A stretch of 64,000 nt of DNA from Mongoliitalea daihaiensis (GCF_021596945.1 NZ_CP063779.1:1275592-1339591); one strand, 5' to 3'. Counted from the stretch's first letter, positions 43,902 through 55,251 are shown. Numbers and translations: made by a program. Notes: a model not told the origin generated them from the letters alone.

Positions 43902-44930
43902 TCAAGTCATCAAAACTGTTTTAAAGTTATAGATATTTTTTAAGGCAGTTCCTGTGCCCCTCACCACTGCTCTCAGTGGATCTTCAGCGATATGGATCGG
44001 CAATTTTGTTTTTTGATGTAATCGTTTGTCTAGACCCTTCAAAAGTGCGCCACCACCAGTCAGGTGGATTCCATTATCATAAATATCAGCTGATAACTCT
44101 GGAGGTGCAATTTCTAGAGCTTTCAATACAGCTTCTTCTATTTTGGACACAGACTTATCGAGTGCAAAGGCGATTTCGGAGTATGATACCTTAATTACTT
44201 TAGGGATACCTGTCATCAAATCACGTCCCCTGATTTCATAGTCTTCAGGGGCATCGTCCAATTCCGTTAGTGCAGAACCGATAGCGATTTTGACTTTTTC
44301 GGCAGAGCGCTCTCCAATTAAGAGGTTGTGTTGTCTACGCATGTAATCTAATATGTCCTTGGTGAAGGTATCTCCAGCTACTCGTATGGATTGATCAGCG
44401 ACGATACCTGAAAGTGCAATCAAGGCAATTTCAGTCGTACCCCCACCAATATCAACGATCATGGATCCCATCGGCTTCTCAATATCGATACCAATACCTA
44501 TTGCCGCAGCAATCGGTTCATAGATCATGTACACTTCTTTTGCACCGGCATGCTCGGCAGAATCCCGAACAGCTCTCTTTTCAACTTCTGTAATTCCTGA
44601 AGGTATACAGATAACCATGCGATGAGATTTTGGAAACATGCCTTTGTTATGACCAGGAATCATTTTGATCATTCCTCTGATCATTTGTTCGGCAGCGTAG
44701 AAGTCAGCAATCACTCCATCTTTCAATGGACGGATAGTTTTGATGTTTTCATGCGTTTTCTCGTGCATGTTCATCGCATCTCTTCCAACAGCCAGAACCC
44801 GATTGGTGGATCGGTCGATGGCAATGATGGAAGGCTCGTCTACAACTATTTTGTCTTTATGTATAATCAACGTATTGGCTGTACCTAAATCTATGGCTAT
44901 GTCGCTTGAAAAAAAGTCAAATAAACCCAT
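43902..44930 (-). CDS. mreB: Actin-like rod-shape protein MreB
   Basis: 342 aa. Actin-fold motifs: N-terminal ..IAIDLGTANTLI.., then ..MIVDIGGGTTEIALI.. and ..GIHLTGGGALLKGLDKRL... Confidence 0.93.
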   Translation of the reverse strand: MGLFDFFSSDIAIDLGTANTLIIHKDKIVVDEPSIIAIDRSTNRVLAVGRDAMNMHEKTHENIKTIRPLKDGVIADFYAAEQMIRGMIKMIPGHNKGMFPKSHRMVICIPSGITEVEKRAVRDSAEHAGAKEVYMIYEPIAAAIGIGIDIEKPMGSMIVDIGGGTTEIALIALSGIVADQSIRVAGDTFTKDILDYMRRQHNLLIGERSAEKVKIAIGSALTELDDAPEDYEIRGRDLMTGIPKVIKVSYSEIAFALDKSVSKIEEAVLKALEIAPPELSADIYDNGIHLTGGGALLKGLDKRLHQKTKLPIHIAEDPLRAVVRGTGTALKNIYNFKTVLMT

Positions 44931-45049
44931 TATGTTTCTAAATTTTGAATTGTTGTCGGCACTAATTTAGCACTTAAAATACCAAATATTCCCTGTGGGT
45001 CGGCAAAATTATTATCTAATTCCCAATTTCTTACAAGAATGCTGTTTTT

Positions 45050-45118
45050 TTTTGTGGGAATATTTTTCTTACCTTTGTGGAGTAATATCCGAATGCGTGA
45101 GGGGACAAGAGTCCCCTC
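45050..45118 (+). promoter_or_regulatory. Candidate Bacteroidota sigma-A promoter (TTG..TAnnTTTG) and leader hairpin upstream of rimP-nusA-infB
   Basis: TACCTTTG at 45070-45077 matches the -7 TAnnTTTG box, with a TTG about 20 bp upstream. A GC-rich hairpin GAGGGGAC/AAGA/GTCCCCTC at 45099-45118 is followed by TTTCATTTG, about 25 nt before the rimP ATG. Confidence 0.35.
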
Positions 45119-45144
45119 TTTCATTTGATAGGATTATAGCAAGT

Positions 45145-45615
45145 ATGAATGTTAAGCAAAGTATAGAAGAAATCGTATTGAAGCATCTACCCGATGACAC
45201 ACACTTTATTGTAGATGTGCAAGTTGTAGAAAAATCTTCTAAAACGGCCGTTAAAATCTTGATTGATGCTGATCAGGGATTGAATATAGATACCTGTGCG
45301 ATTGTCAGTAGGGCTGTGGGTGAGGAGATAGAAGCTAAAGAGTTGCTAAGCGACGCTTACATATTGGAAGTTTCCTCTCCGGGATTGGATTTCCCTTTGA
45401 ACTCCAAACGTCAGTATGTGAAGAATGTCGGACGGTCACTCAAGATAACCTTACAGGACGACAAAGAAATCCAAGGCGAATTGCTGTCTGTTGATTCATA
45501 TGGCCTCCAGTTGATGGTCAAACAAAAAGAGAAAGGCAAAAAAGCAGTGGAAGAGGAAAAGAATCTTCCATTTGAGCAAATAAAAAAATCAATTGTATTA
45601 GTCTCATTTAAATAA
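45145..45615 (+). CDS. rimP: Ribosome maturation factor RimP
   Basis: 157 aa from the internal Met (MNVKQSIEEIVLKHL..). The ORF-track start at 44995 adds 50 non-protein-like residues. ..ILEVSSPGLDFPL.. is the RimP/DUF150 signature. It lies directly upstream of nusA. Confidence 0.72.
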   Translation: MNVKQSIEEIVLKHLPDDTHFIVDVQVVEKSSKTAVKILIDADQGLNIDTCAIVSRAVGEEIEAKELLSDAYILEVSSPGLDFPLNSKRQYVKNVGRSLKITLQDDKEIQGELLSVDSYGLQLMVKQKEKGKKAVEEEKNLPFEQIKKSIVLVSFK

Positions 45616-45620
45616 GAAAG

Positions 45621-46865
45621 ATGGATGCTAAAGTTCTAATAGATTCCTTTGCAGAGTTTGCAAGATCTAAAAATGTGGATCGACCTACCATGATCCGTAT
45701 TCTGGAAGATGTCTTCAGAGCGATGATTCGCAAGAAGTATGAGAACGATGAAAACTTTGATGTTACCATCAATGCTGACAAAGGAGACTTGGAAATTCTA
45801 AGGATTCGTGAAATAGTCGATGATAACTCGGAAGATATCTGGGATTTGGATAAAATTTCACTCACGGAGGCTAGACAAATTGAGCCTGATTTTGAAGTAG
45901 GTGAAGAAGTTTACGAAAAAATTGAGCTGGAAGCTTTCGGAAGAAGAGCTGTTCAGATGGCTAGACAGACCCTGATTCAAAGAATCAAAGACTTAGAGAA
46001 GGATTTGTTGTTCAATCAATATGAAGAATTGGTAGGAGAAATCATTTCTGCCGAGGTTTATCAAGTATTAGGCCGTGAGGTCTTATTGATCGATGGCGAA
46101 GGGAATGAATTAATTCTCCCAAAATCAGAGCAAATATCCAAAGACAGATTTAGAAAAGGAGATAGTGCCCGTGCCATTGTACACAAAGTGGAGATGGTCA
46201 ACGGTAATCCTAAGATTATTCTTTCCAGAACTTCTCCGATTTTCTTAGAGCGTTTGTTTGAAAACGAAGTCCCAGAAGTGTTTGACGGGTTGATTACCAT
46301 CAAAAAGATTGTACGGGAGCCTGGCGAAAGAGCCAAGGTAGCTGTAGAGTCTTATGATGATAGAATTGATCCGGTAGGTGCTTGCGTGGGTATGAAAGGA
46401 AGCAGAATTCACGCAATTGTCCGTGAACTGCAGAATGAAAATATCGATGTAATCAACTATACTGAAAACCTGGATTTGTATGTGCAACGTGCATTGAGTC
46501 CAGCTAAAGTCACTTCAATTACAGTTGACAAGGACAAGCAACGAATCTCTGTTTACTTGAAACCAGATCAAGTATCCATGGCTATTGGCAAGGGAGGATT
46601 CAATATTCGACTAGCTTCAAGGTTGGTGGGTTATGAAATTGATGTCTTCAGAGAATTAAACGAGCAAGAAGACGAGGATGTAGATTTGGAAGAATTTGCA
46701 GATGAAATTGAGCACTGGATCATTGACGAATTTAAGAAAACAGGTTTAGACACTGCAAAGAGTGTATTGACCTTGACAAAAGAAGATTTGTTGAGAAGAA
46801 CTGAGCTTGAAGAGGAGACTATTGAGGAGGTCTTTAGAATCCTCAGACAGGAATTTGAACAGTAA
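45621..46865 (+). CDS. nusA: Transcription termination/antitermination factor NusA
   Basis: 414 aa. N-terminal domain, S1 domain (..GEIISAEVYQVLGREVLLIDGEGNELILP..) and two KH domains (..GACVGMKGSRIHAIVREL.., ..AIGKGGFNIRLASRLVG..). Confidence 0.92.
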   Translation: MDAKVLIDSFAEFARSKNVDRPTMIRILEDVFRAMIRKKYENDENFDVTINADKGDLEILRIREIVDDNSEDIWDLDKISLTEARQIEPDFEVGEEVYEKIELEAFGRRAVQMARQTLIQRIKDLEKDLLFNQYEELVGEIISAEVYQVLGREVLLIDGEGNELILPKSEQISKDRFRKGDSARAIVHKVEMVNGNPKIILSRTSPIFLERLFENEVPEVFDGLITIKKIVREPGERAKVAVESYDDRIDPVGACVGMKGSRIHAIVRELQNENIDVINYTENLDLYVQRALSPAKVTSITVDKDKQRISVYLKPDQVSMAIGKGGFNIRLASRLVGYEIDVFRELNEQEDEDVDLEEFADEIEHWIIDEFKKTGLDTAKSVLTLTKEDLLRRTELEEETIEEVFRILRQEFEQ

Positions 46866-46930
46866 TAAAAAAATATTACCCAATTATTGGGTTATATTTG
46901 TCAAAAATTAAGAGAGAGAGTTTTTAGCGT

Positions 46931-49900
46931 ATGTCAGAAGATAAAACTATGCGATTGGGCCAAGTAGCCAGAAAACTCAATGTGGGAATATCCACATTGG
47001 TAGATTCTTTGGCTAAAAAGGGCTTCGATGTAGAAAACAACCCGAATTCTAAAATCAACGTGGAGCAGTTTAGCATGTTGGCCAAGGAATTCAAATCTTC
47101 CGCGATGGAGAAGGAAGAAGCTTCTCATTTACACATTGGTAAGCGTCATCACGAGAATTTTACCATTGAAGCGGAATCAGAGGCTAAGGAAGAGAAAAAA
47201 CCTGATCCCATCCCTGAACCAAAACCAGCGTCTCAGCCGGTTCCTGTTGCCAGTGCGCCAAAAGAGGCAAAAGCCGAAGAGCCTGAAAAGGAAAAAGTGA
47301 GCGCTGAAGCGCCCAAACTTCAAGGCATTAAGGTATTGGGCAAAATTGATTTGAATCCAAAAAAAGAGCCAGCTCCTGCGCCAAAAGCAGAGAAGCCTCA
47401 GGAAAAAAAGCCAGAACCGCCAAAACCGGTTCCTGCACCTGAAGCGGTAAAGCCGGCACCTGCTCCTGTACAACAACCAAAACCAAGCCCAGCTCCTGAA
47501 GAAAAAACTGCTCCTTCAGAAGCGAAATCGGCACCTCAACCTCAGGCTGTGAAGCCTCAGACCCCTGACACACACGCAAAAGAAACTCCTTCGAAACCTG
47601 CTGCTGTTCCCCCTAAAAGCCCGACCCCTGCCAAGGCAGAGCAAGCTGCTCCAAAGGGACCAGTAAAACCGGTTATTGAACAGAAAACAGCTCCCGAGGC
47701 ACCTGCAGCGGAAGAAGTTGTGCCGACTGAGCTCATTTCAGCAAAAGCAGATGCTTTGAAAGGTCTGACCGTTTTAGGTAAAATTCAATTACCTGACGAT
47801 CGTTCCAAGAAAAAAGGTGGGAAACCTGTAGCGTCTTCTGATGAGAGGAACAAAGACAATAAGAAAAAAAGACCTCGTAAGAGAATAGATAATAAAAAAC
47901 CAGGACAAGGAGACCGTCCGGCTACTGCTGGAGGAGATGCTACTAAGCCTGCTCAAGGTCCTGGACAAAGACCAGCTCAAGGATCAGGCCCAAGACCTGG
48001 CCAAGGCGGTGGAGGCTCAAGACCTGGGGACCGTAGACCTGCCCAAGGAGGTAGAGGGGGGCAAAGACCTGCGCAAAATACTAACCGTGTTCAAAAAGCA
48101 GAGCCTACCCAAAAAGAAATCCAAGATCAGATCAAGCAAACCCTTGCAAGATTGCAAGGTGGAGGTAAATCTGGAGGTAAATCCAAGAGAAGAGATAAGC
48201 GTGCCGAGCGTCAACGCGAGGAGATGGAGGGAGAAGAGGAAAGTAAAATCTTAAGAGTAACCGAATTTATCTCTGCCAATGACTTAGCATCTTTTATGGA
48301 TGTCTCTGTTAATGAGGTGATTTCTACTTGTTTATCTCTTGGAATGTTTATTTCTATTAATCAACGTTTGGATGCGGAAGCAATCACTATCATCTCTGAT
48401 GAATTTGGATATGAAGTCGAGTTTGCCAAGCCTGACGAAGAGAATGACGAAGTTGAGCATATCGATACAGAAGACCAACTGGTTCACAGAGCCCCTATCG
48501 TTACGATCATGGGTCACGTGGATCATGGTAAAACTTCCTTGCTTGATTATATCAGACGATCAAAAGTTACAGCTGATGAAGCAGGGGGAATTACCCAGCA
48601 TATCGGTGCTTACGATGTAACAACTACCAATGGTGATAAAATCGCCTTCTTGGATACGCCTGGTCACGAAGCCTTTACGGCGATGCGTGCCCGTGGTGCT
48701 AAAATCACAGACGTTGCAATTATTGTAATTGCCGCAGATGATAGCATCATGCCTCAAACCAAGGAAGCCATCAACCACGCGCAAGTAGCGGGTGTTCCGA
48801 TGATCTTCGCCATCAATAAAGTAGATAAGCCAAATGCCAATCCTGAAAAAATTAAGGAAGAGTTAGCCAACATGAACTTGTTGGTGGAAGATTGGGGTGG
48901 TAAATACCAGTCTCAAGATATCTCCGCCAAAACGGGATTGGGTGTAGATGAATTACTAGAAAAAGTATTATTGGAAGCAGAAATTCTTGAATTGACTGCA
49001 AATCCTGATAAAAATGCATCCGGTACAGTGATTGAAGCCTCTCTAGATAAAGGTAGAGGATATGTGGCCACTGTAATGGTTCAAGCCGGTACACTCAAAA
49101 TCGGAGATGTATTATTGGCAGGTCCTCACTATGGTAAAGTAAAGGCCATGTTTGATCACAAAGGTAAACGCATGAAGGAAGCTGGCCCATCTACACCTGT
49201 CCAGGTGCTTGGATTGGGTGGTGCACCTCAGGCGGGTGATACTTTCAAGGTTTATGATAATGAACGTGAAGCAAGAGATATCGCCAACTCGAGAGAACAA
49301 ATCTTAAGAGAACAGTCTCTACGTACCAAGAAACACATTACGTTGGATGAAATTGGTCGTCGTTTGGCTATCGGATCGTTCAAAGAATTGAATATTATCA
49401 TCAAAGGTGATGTGGATGGTTCTGTTGAAGCACTTTCAGACTCCTTGCTTAAGCTTTCCAAAGCAGAAGTTTCTGTAAATATCATCCATAAAGCAGTGGG
49501 TCAAATTTCAGAATCTGACGTCTTGTTGGCTTCCGCATCGGATGCGATCATCATTGGTTTCAACGTTCGTCCTTCTTCTAATGCGAAGAAACTAGCCGAA
49601 AATGAGGAAATTGAAATCAGACACTACTCTATCATCTATGATGCTATCAACCAAATTAAGGATGCTATCGAAGGTATGTTAGAGCCTGAATTTGAGGAAA
49701 TCATCACAGGTAACGTACAAGTTAGAGAGGTATTCAAAATATCAAAGATTGGTACAGTAGCTGGTTCCTACGTGACGGATGGATATGTAACTCGTAAAAA
49801 TAAAATCAGAATCATTCGTGATGGTATTGTAATTCATGATGGTGAGATTGATCAGCTAAAACGATTCAAAGACGATGTCTCCGAAGTGAAAGCTGGCTAC

Positions 49901-49993
49901 GAATGCGGTATCTCTATTAAAAACTTCAACAATATTCAGATTGATGATATCATTGAAGGCTACATGATGCAGGAAATCAAAAAGAAAAAATAA
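46931..49993 (+). CDS. infB: Translation initiation factor IF-2
   Basis: 1020 aa. Low-complexity P/A/K-rich N-terminal region. G-domain motifs: ..[14 protein letters not shown].., ..DTPGHEAF.. and NKVD. The C-terminal beta-barrels are conserved. Confidence 0.93.
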   Translation: MSEDKTMRLGQVARKLNVGISTLVDSLAKKGFDVENNPNSKINVEQFSMLAKEFKSSAMEKEEASHLHIGKRHHENFTIEAESEAKEEKKPDPIPEPKPASQPVPVASAPKEAKAEEPEKEKVSAEAPKLQGIKVLGKIDLNPKKEPAPAPKAEKPQEKKPEPPKPVPAPEAVKPAPAPVQQPKPSPAPEEKTAPSEAKSAPQPQAVKPQTPDTHAKETPSKPAAVPPKSPTPAKAEQAAPKGPVKPVIEQKTAPEAPAAEEVVPTELISAKADALKGLTVLGKIQLPDDRSKKKGGKPVASSDERNKDNKKKRPRKRIDNKKPGQGDRPATAGGDATKPAQGPGQRPAQGSGPRPGQGGGGSRPGDRRPAQGGRGGQRPAQNTNRVQKAEPTQKEIQDQIKQTLARLQGGGKSGGKSKRRDKRAERQREEMEGEEESKILRVTEFISANDLASFMDVSVNEVISTCLSLGMFISINQRLDAEAITIISDEFGYEVEFAKPDEENDEVEHIDTEDQLVHRAPIVTIMGHVDHGKTSLLDYIRRSKVTADEAGGITQHIGAYDVTTTNGDKIAFLDTPGHEAFTAMRARGAKITDVAIIVIAADDSIMPQTKEAINHAQVAGVPMIFAINKVDKPNANPEKIKEELANMNLLVEDWGGKYQSQDISAKTGLGVDELLEKVLLEAEILELTANPDKNASGTVIEASLDKGRGYVATVMVQAGTLKIGDVLLAGPHYGKVKAMFDHKGKRMKEAGPSTPVQVLGLGGAPQAGDTFKVYDNEREARDIANSREQILREQSLRTKKHITLDEIGRRLAIGSFKELNIIIKGDVDGSVEALSDSLLKLSKAEVSVNIIHKAVGQISESDVLLASASDAIIIGFNVRPSSNAKKLAENEEIEIRHYSIIYDAINQIKDAIEGMLEPEFEEIITGNVQVREVFKISKIGTVAGSYVTDGYVTRKNKIRIIRDGIVIHDGEIDQLKRFKDDVSEVKAGYECGISIKNFNNIQIDDIIEGYMMQEIKKKK

Positions 49994-50003
49994 AGATTAG
50001 TAT

Positions 50004-50031
50004 AAAAGGAGCCTTGGGGCTCCTTTTTTTA
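50004..50031 (+). terminator. Rho-independent terminator of the rimP-nusA-infB operon
   Basis: AAAAGGAGCC / loop TTGG / GGCTCCTTTTTTT. Confidence 0.72.
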
Positions 50032-50243
50032 TGTTCTTTTTTACTTCAGTAATGGCAGAAGCAATCAGATGGTTTTGTTTGTTAATTGTTGGATGGAGTC
50101 TAGCATCCATTATTGCAGGACTATATAAGCCTGTTTTGGTACTCTGGTTTTTGGATCGGATGAATAGGCTCAAGGTTCTCAAAGTCTATGGCACCGTTTC
50201 TTTGTTGGCTTTGATAGCTTGGCTTTTGTTTGGATTGCTATAA
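50031..50243 (+). CDS. Possible small two-TM membrane protein (70 aa)
   Basis: The ORF has two clear hydrophobic helices (..WFCLLIVGWSLASIIAGL.., ..VSLLALIAWLLFGLL). Its ATG overlaps the infB terminator T-run and no RBS was seen, so support is weak. Confidence 0.25.
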   Translation: MFFFTSVMAEAIRWFCLLIVGWSLASIIAGLYKPVLVLWFLDRMNRLKVLKVYGTVSLLALIAWLLFGLL

Positions 50244-50412
50244 CCGATGAAATCTTGCTAACCGAAGCCCTCACAGTTTAGCGGTATAGTATATAGGCTC
50301 CGAAATGCAGACAAGGTAAGGGGTAGTCAAATGGTGGACGTGAAAAAACGGTGTGGTTCATTTCTAAAACACACCGGAGTATTAGAGAAGTCTTTTTTGG
50401 AGAAGACTTGAT

Positions 50413-51486
50413 TTAACTGCCCATTTTTTTCAAAAAGCCTGCATGTGATTTCAATGCAGAAGCAAAAGATTTATTTTCAATGTAAGGTACATTGAATTCT
50501 TCAGCGGTCTCTTTGACTATAGACGAAATTGCAGGATAATGTACGTGGCAGATATTTGGGAACAGGTGGTGTTCGATCTGAAAATTTAAGCCACCGAATA
50601 AAAATCCTGCAAGCCAGCTTTCCCTTGCAAAATTTGCGGTAGTACGCATTTGGTGTACTGCCCAAGAGTCGTGAATCTCCGTTTCATTTTCTGGTTTAGG
50701 CATATCAGTTTCATTCACCAAATGAGCTAATTGAAATACATTTCCAATCAAGGTGCCTTCGGCCAAGTGCATGACCAATAGCAATAATAATACTAGGTAC
50801 CATGGAAGATTAATTACTACTAGTGGAATAACTAGGAAAAAAATATAGTAAATCGCCTTGTATGCAAATAGCTCAATGTACTCAGCTCGAGATGGTTTTT
50901 CGTCTTCTCTTCTGAGAGATGCATCAAAAAACTTCATATAATCTTTCCTGTAAAACCAAGAAACAGAAGCTAAGGAATAGAGAAAAAAAGCATAGATATG
51001 CTGGTACTTGTGGATCCGCTTTTTAGGTTCATCTTCGTGTATTCGGATTATTCCAGGAGCTACTTGAAGATCGGCGTCGTGACCGATAATGTTGGTATAG
51101 GTATGGTGGATTTTGTTGTGGGTCATTTTCCACACATATACATTTGCTCCTATCAAATTAAAGAGAATACCCAGTGCTTTATTCGTTTCGGAAGATTTGG
51201 AATAAGCTCCATGTAGAGCGTCATGGCAGATATTGAAGCCAATCAGTCCCATGGTTAATCCCAAGCCTATCGCGATCATCATGTGATATATCAGAGATAC
51301 TTCGGCAAATAATAATGCAACATAAAGACCAACCCAAAGAGTCAAAATTCCTATTGTTTTGGCTATCATACGCCAATCAGCTTTCTTGGAAATTTTGTTT
51401 TGTTCGAAGTATACGTTTGTTCTTACTCGCACTGTCTCGAGAAACTTTGAATTGTCATGATCCTCAAATTTTATTGCTTTGCTCAT
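50413..51486 (-). CDS. Membrane fatty-acid desaturase (three His-box di-iron desaturase, DesA-like)
   Basis: 357 aa. His boxes HDALHGAY (HxxxH), HNKIHHTYTN (HxxHH) and IEHHLFPN. Multiple TM helices. Confidence 0.8.
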   Translation of the reverse strand: MSKAIKFEDHDNSKFLETVRVRTNVYFEQNKISKKADWRMIAKTIGILTLWVGLYVALLFAEVSLIYHMMIAIGLGLTMGLIGFNICHDALHGAYSKSSETNKALGILFNLIGANVYVWKMTHNKIHHTYTNIIGHDADLQVAPGIIRIHEDEPKKRIHKYQHIYAFFLYSLASVSWFYRKDYMKFFDASLRREDEKPSRAEYIELFAYKAIYYIFFLVIPLVVINLPWYLVLLLLLVMHLAEGTLIGNVFQLAHLVNETDMPKPENETEIHDSWAVHQMRTTANFARESWLAGFLFGGLNFQIEHHLFPNICHVHYPAISSIVKETAEEFNVPYIENKSFASALKSHAGFLKKMGS

Positions 51487-51637
51487 AATGACTTTTTGCC
51501 TTAAATGCAGGCTTTAATGATTAACACTAAAAAAATTATCAAATTACAGATCCTAATTCCGTACGTATTTAGCAACCGCAAATAACAATATCCCCCATAA
51601 TGTAGGTTGGCGTATTTATAAAGGGGAGAAGTTTTAT

Positions 51638-51823
51638 TTAATATAATTGGAGTTCAGCCAATAAGGAGTCCATTGCTTGCCTATTGATATTCAATTTGGT
51701 AGCAAGTTTTTGGAACATAGTTTCTTTTTCTCCCTCCTCGAATACAAAATCAGCATCATTTAAAACAGGAAATCTCCACTTTAACATGATTTTTTGCTCT
51801 CTCCAACTTCTGACAATATTCAT
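51638..51823 (-). CDS. CsbD-like general stress protein
   Basis: 61 aa. W..K..LKWRFPVLNDADFVFEEGEKETMFQKLATKLNINRQAM fits the CsbD pattern (W...KG..KEKWGKLTDDDL...GK.DQL.GKLQE.YG). Confidence 0.45.
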   Translation of the reverse strand: MNIVRSWREQKIMLKWRFPVLNDADFVFEEGEKETMFQKLATKLNINRQAMDSLLAELQLY

Positions 51824-51983
51824 AGACTAGTTATTTGTTTGTTGTAAACTGAGATTTTTATTTATCTCAGGACACCAGTTTGAAAATGTCATGGATATGT
51901 TAAAAAGTGTAAATTCAGGCCCAAAATCATCCTTGTGAAAAGCTTTGGAGATCCTACATACTATAAACGTGGAAAGGTTCTTT

Positions 51984-53189
51984 TTAATTCATTTTGAGCG
52001 ATTTAAATCCAGAGCTTGAAAATAATGGCCCATAGTTAATTCGGATAAAGCCTAGATCATCTTCTAGATTTATATACATCCAAAGCATACCATCTCTAGT
52101 AAAATGCTTGGGTATGCCTGTTTTCGAGAGTTCTGGGATTTCCTGATCCAGTAAATGGTTGAAATCTTTATCAAAAATTGAAATGTACACTATACTTGTC
52201 TCGATCTCTGGTAATAAATACCTTTCCCGCTCTTTTTCTCCATACTGAATAGATGCAGCTAATCGTATGTAGTGCTTATTCTTTGAATCAAAAATGAGCG
52301 GGCCATAAGTCATCTGATTCCGATAATTTTTCAATGCTTTTTTCCGGTCTTCTATAGAATTTATCAAATCTCCCGCTGTCGTAGGAGTGACTTTTGAAGG
52401 TAAGAGAGGAGAGTCATAATAAATGGATACCAATGAATCGTTTGCAGGATATAGCACATGAAATTCATTAGCATATTCATGGGAAACGATGATGTGGTCC
52501 TCGGTACTGTTGATGTGAACTCTCGGGTCCCATTTGTTATAGTTTGTTAAGTCACCTAGCGTATAAGTTTTGTAATTTTCTTGAGGGTCTATGTTGTAGG
52601 ATTTGATGGTTTTACTAGCGCTATCAAGCTGCCGTAAGGTGACTGAATTGGCAAAATCATGGACGACGATAGCAAAAACTTGTTGAGGGAAGTTGGGGTT
52701 GACTACTTGATAAAACACACGTTCTTCTGGAAGAATCTTGCCATTTTCTATGGTGCTAGCGTTCCAATCGAATCTATGCTGCAATTTGCCATGCAGATTG
52801 TAGATTCCAGCACGTTCACCACCTAGGAAGAGCGCTTGATTGGAAGCAACTTTGATATCGGAAGTCCAAAATCCTGTGCCATCGGGGCCTTCCACTTCAA
52901 AAGGGATGATGTTTTCAAGTGTTAAGTTGCTGAGGTTGATTCTTTCGACTTGATTGGTTCTATCGTTGAAGTTATACAACATCCCGTCGTATTCAGAGTA
53001 ATCCGAGACATATAAATCCCGCTGTAAAAATAAAATTTTATCCTTGGAGTCAATTAGTACGGTGTCTATGGTATAGGAAAGGCTTTTTTCTAGAACAGCA
53101 TCTGAATTATTGGTGCAAGAAATAAGCAGTAAAATTCCCGTGAAGCAGGCCATGATACAACGTTTGACGACTTGTGGTTGTAGTTGCAT
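51984..53189 (-). CDS. Hypothetical lipoprotein (beta-rich, DUF4221-like?)
   Basis: Lipoprotein signal peptide and lipobox (..RCIMACFTGILLLISCTNNS). The start is chosen at Met11 (MQLQPQVVKRC..), and the ORF-track start at 53219 is also possible. No catalytic motifs were recognised. Confidence 0.45.
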   Translation of the reverse strand: MQLQPQVVKRCIMACFTGILLLISCTNNSDAVLEKSLSYTIDTVLIDSKDKILFLQRDLYVSDYSEYDGMLYNFNDRTNQVERINLSNLTLENIIPFEVEGPDGTGFWTSDIKVASNQALFLGGERAGIYNLHGKLQHRFDWNASTIENGKILPEERVFYQVVNPNFPQQVFAIVVHDFANSVTLRQLDSASKTIKSYNIDPQENYKTYTLGDLTNYNKWDPRVHINSTEDHIIVSHEYANEFHVLYPANDSLVSIYYDSPLLPSKVTPTTAGDLINSIEDRKKALKNYRNQMTYGPLIFDSKNKHYIRLAASIQYGEKERERYLLPEIETSIVYISIFDKDFNHLLDQEIPELSKTGIPKHFTRDGMLWMYINLEDDLGFIRINYGPLFSSSGFKSLKMN

Positions 53190-53492
53190 TCGTGTAAGAT
53201 ACGGAAAAGGTCGAGGCAATGGTCTGGTTTAACTAATGTTAACGAGGGATAAGGTTGGTTTTAAATGATTACCCAAGATTTTTAATCCTTTGAGACACGA
53301 AGGGTTGAAAGTTATTCATTTCCAATAGGACTCCTCTTACTTGGGCAATGAATAATCTCAAGGCTACTTAACTATATACCTGCATTTGTTAGCCATTCAA
53401 GTTCTTGATGCTAATTGTTTGTTTGTTAAAATCCATGGCGAAATTGTGGTTTTACAAAATTTTTCCTACTTTTCATATCTACGTTCAAAATT

Positions 53493-54038
53493 TTGAAAAA
53501 ACTCAGCGCCATATTGCTTCTTTGTTGTTTTGCATTGTATCATTTTGGGTACTATGTGGCGTATTATTCTTTCAATATTCAGATTGAAAAAAATTGGGTA
53601 GAGACCATCTATGGTGAGCAGCAGGGATATTTGCAGGAGCAAATGATGGAAATCCCTCTTTCTTTGCCTTACATGGCGGATGAGGAGCAGTTTAGATCAA
53701 CCAATACCGTATTTGAAAAAGATGGGCAACTCTATCGAGCGATCAAACAACGGTATACCAAAGATACCCTTCAGGTAATCTATGTGCCCGATACAGCTAA
53801 ATCTAATCTGCAATCCACCATCAAACAGTGGGTAAATTCATTGGTTCAGGATGATTTGCCGGATGGAAGTTCAAATTCGCTGCTTTCCAAATCCTTTGTG
53901 AAAGACTATCAGCCAACTGAAATATATAAGTTGACAGCACCTGTTCAACTGAAAGAGTTAATATCAACAATAGGGTTCATTTTTTCGACTTACGACGTTC
54001 AATTTCTCAATATCCATACGCCACCTCCGGAAGAATAA
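53493..54038 (+). CDS. Hypothetical membrane-anchored protein (N-terminal TM helix plus a soluble domain)
   Basis: 181 aa. MKKLSAILLLCCFALYHFGYYVAYYSF is a signal-anchor. It has protein-like composition but no recognised domain. Confidence 0.4.
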   Translation: MKKLSAILLLCCFALYHFGYYVAYYSFNIQIEKNWVETIYGEQQGYLQEQMMEIPLSLPYMADEEQFRSTNTVFEKDGQLYRAIKQRYTKDTLQVIYVPDTAKSNLQSTIKQWVNSLVQDDLPDGSSNSLLSKSFVKDYQPTEIYKLTAPVQLKELISTIGFIFSTYDVQFLNIHTPPPEE

Positions 54039-54315
54039 TTTTTTGTTCCGACGCTTTGATAATTTTATACATGGCCAGTAGGCCTATGTCTATCCTCGTA
54101 TGCGGGTATTTAGACGATGATTTCAAAGCAAGCATTTTCTTTTAGAGGTATTTCAAACCAACAGATTTTCGAAAAGACTAATCAGAGGCTTTCGCCAGAT
54201 GTTCTTGCAATTTCCTAATTGCTCATGAATTCATCTATCACTGAGACCTCATAGCTGCTTTGTTGGAAAAGGTTTTGATCATTCTCTAGCATCTTATTAA
54301 CTAAACCTATGTATC

Positions 54316-55239
54316 ATGAATCAATTTTACCGGTCGGTCTTCATACTGACATGTTTATATATGAGTTGTATTTCCCCTTCATTTGCTCAAATGCCCTTCG
54401 ACGAAATCATGATGCCCAAAGGGGAATTATGTGTAGCGGTAGTGGGTGAACACAGTACCTGGAACCGCTATTGGGAAGGAGATTATTTCCGTGGAAATGC
54501 TAATATCGGCACATTTACCAGAAAAATGTTGATGCCTATGGTCGCCATGGGCATTTCAAAAAAGGTGAACATCATTGCCAGTCTTCCCTACATTCACACG
54601 GAAGCATCCGGTGGTACTCAAGTAGGACAAAATGGGCTGCAAGACTTGAGTGTGTCCATCAAAGTGGACTGGCTGCAACATCAATTGGGATCTGGAAGAA
54701 TACTTTTTCTTAGCAATACCCATGTGAGCACGCCTGTAGGTTCATATTTGTCAGATTATATGCCTTTTAGCATCGGTGCAGGAGCCCCTGAAATAGGAAT
54801 GCGTGCGATCACAGGCTATAAAATGGACAATGGACTGGTGGTTCGCTTGGCTGCTGCCTATCTCTGGAGAGGTCAAACCGAAATCGAACGGAATTTTTAC
54901 TACCAAGATGGAGCAGTGTATTCCTCATTTATGAAGGTGCCCAATGCTGTGAATATTCATGCAGCCATTGGGTACTGGACCCTTGATAACCGATTGCGGT
55001 TGGAAGCCACTTTTATGAGTATGGATTGTCTGACAGGTGATGATATTCGGTCTTACAACCGTCCACAGCCCACCAATAAAATGGAAGTTAGTCAGGTGGG
55101 TTTTTGGGCTCAATATTACATCAAAGCTGATCGCGGTTTTGGGGCAATTGCTTATGTCAACCAGACTATTTCTGGAAGAAATGTGGGAAAAGCCGGCACC
55201 ATAGGATTGGGACTAACCTATCAATTTAAAGCATTTTAA
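54316..55239 (+). CDS. Outer-membrane beta-barrel protein (MetA-pathway/transporter-like family)
   Basis: 307 aa with a signal peptide (..SPSFAQ). It has alternating-hydrophobic amphipathic beta-strands throughout and a C-terminus ..GLGLTYQFKAF with a terminal Phe, typical of OMP barrels. Confidence 0.5.
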   Translation: MNQFYRSVFILTCLYMSCISPSFAQMPFDEIMMPKGELCVAVVGEHSTWNRYWEGDYFRGNANIGTFTRKMLMPMVAMGISKKVNIIASLPYIHTEASGGTQVGQNGLQDLSVSIKVDWLQHQLGSGRILFLSNTHVSTPVGSYLSDYMPFSIGAGAPEIGMRAITGYKMDNGLVVRLAAAYLWRGQTEIERNFYYQDGAVYSSFMKVPNAVNIHAAIGYWTLDNRLRLEATFMSMDCLTGDDIRSYNRPQPTNKMEVSQVGFWAQYYIKADRGFGAIAYVNQTISGRNVGKAGTIGLGLTYQFKAF

Positions 55240-55251
55240 TTTTGCATCTCC

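Noticed and set aside
44995-45144. The 50-codon N-terminal extension of rimP
   Set aside because: The region contains the promoter-like TTG/TACCTTTG boxes and a leader hairpin, and the translation (..FLQECCFFLWEYFSYLCG..) is not protein-like. The RimP family begins at the internal Met.
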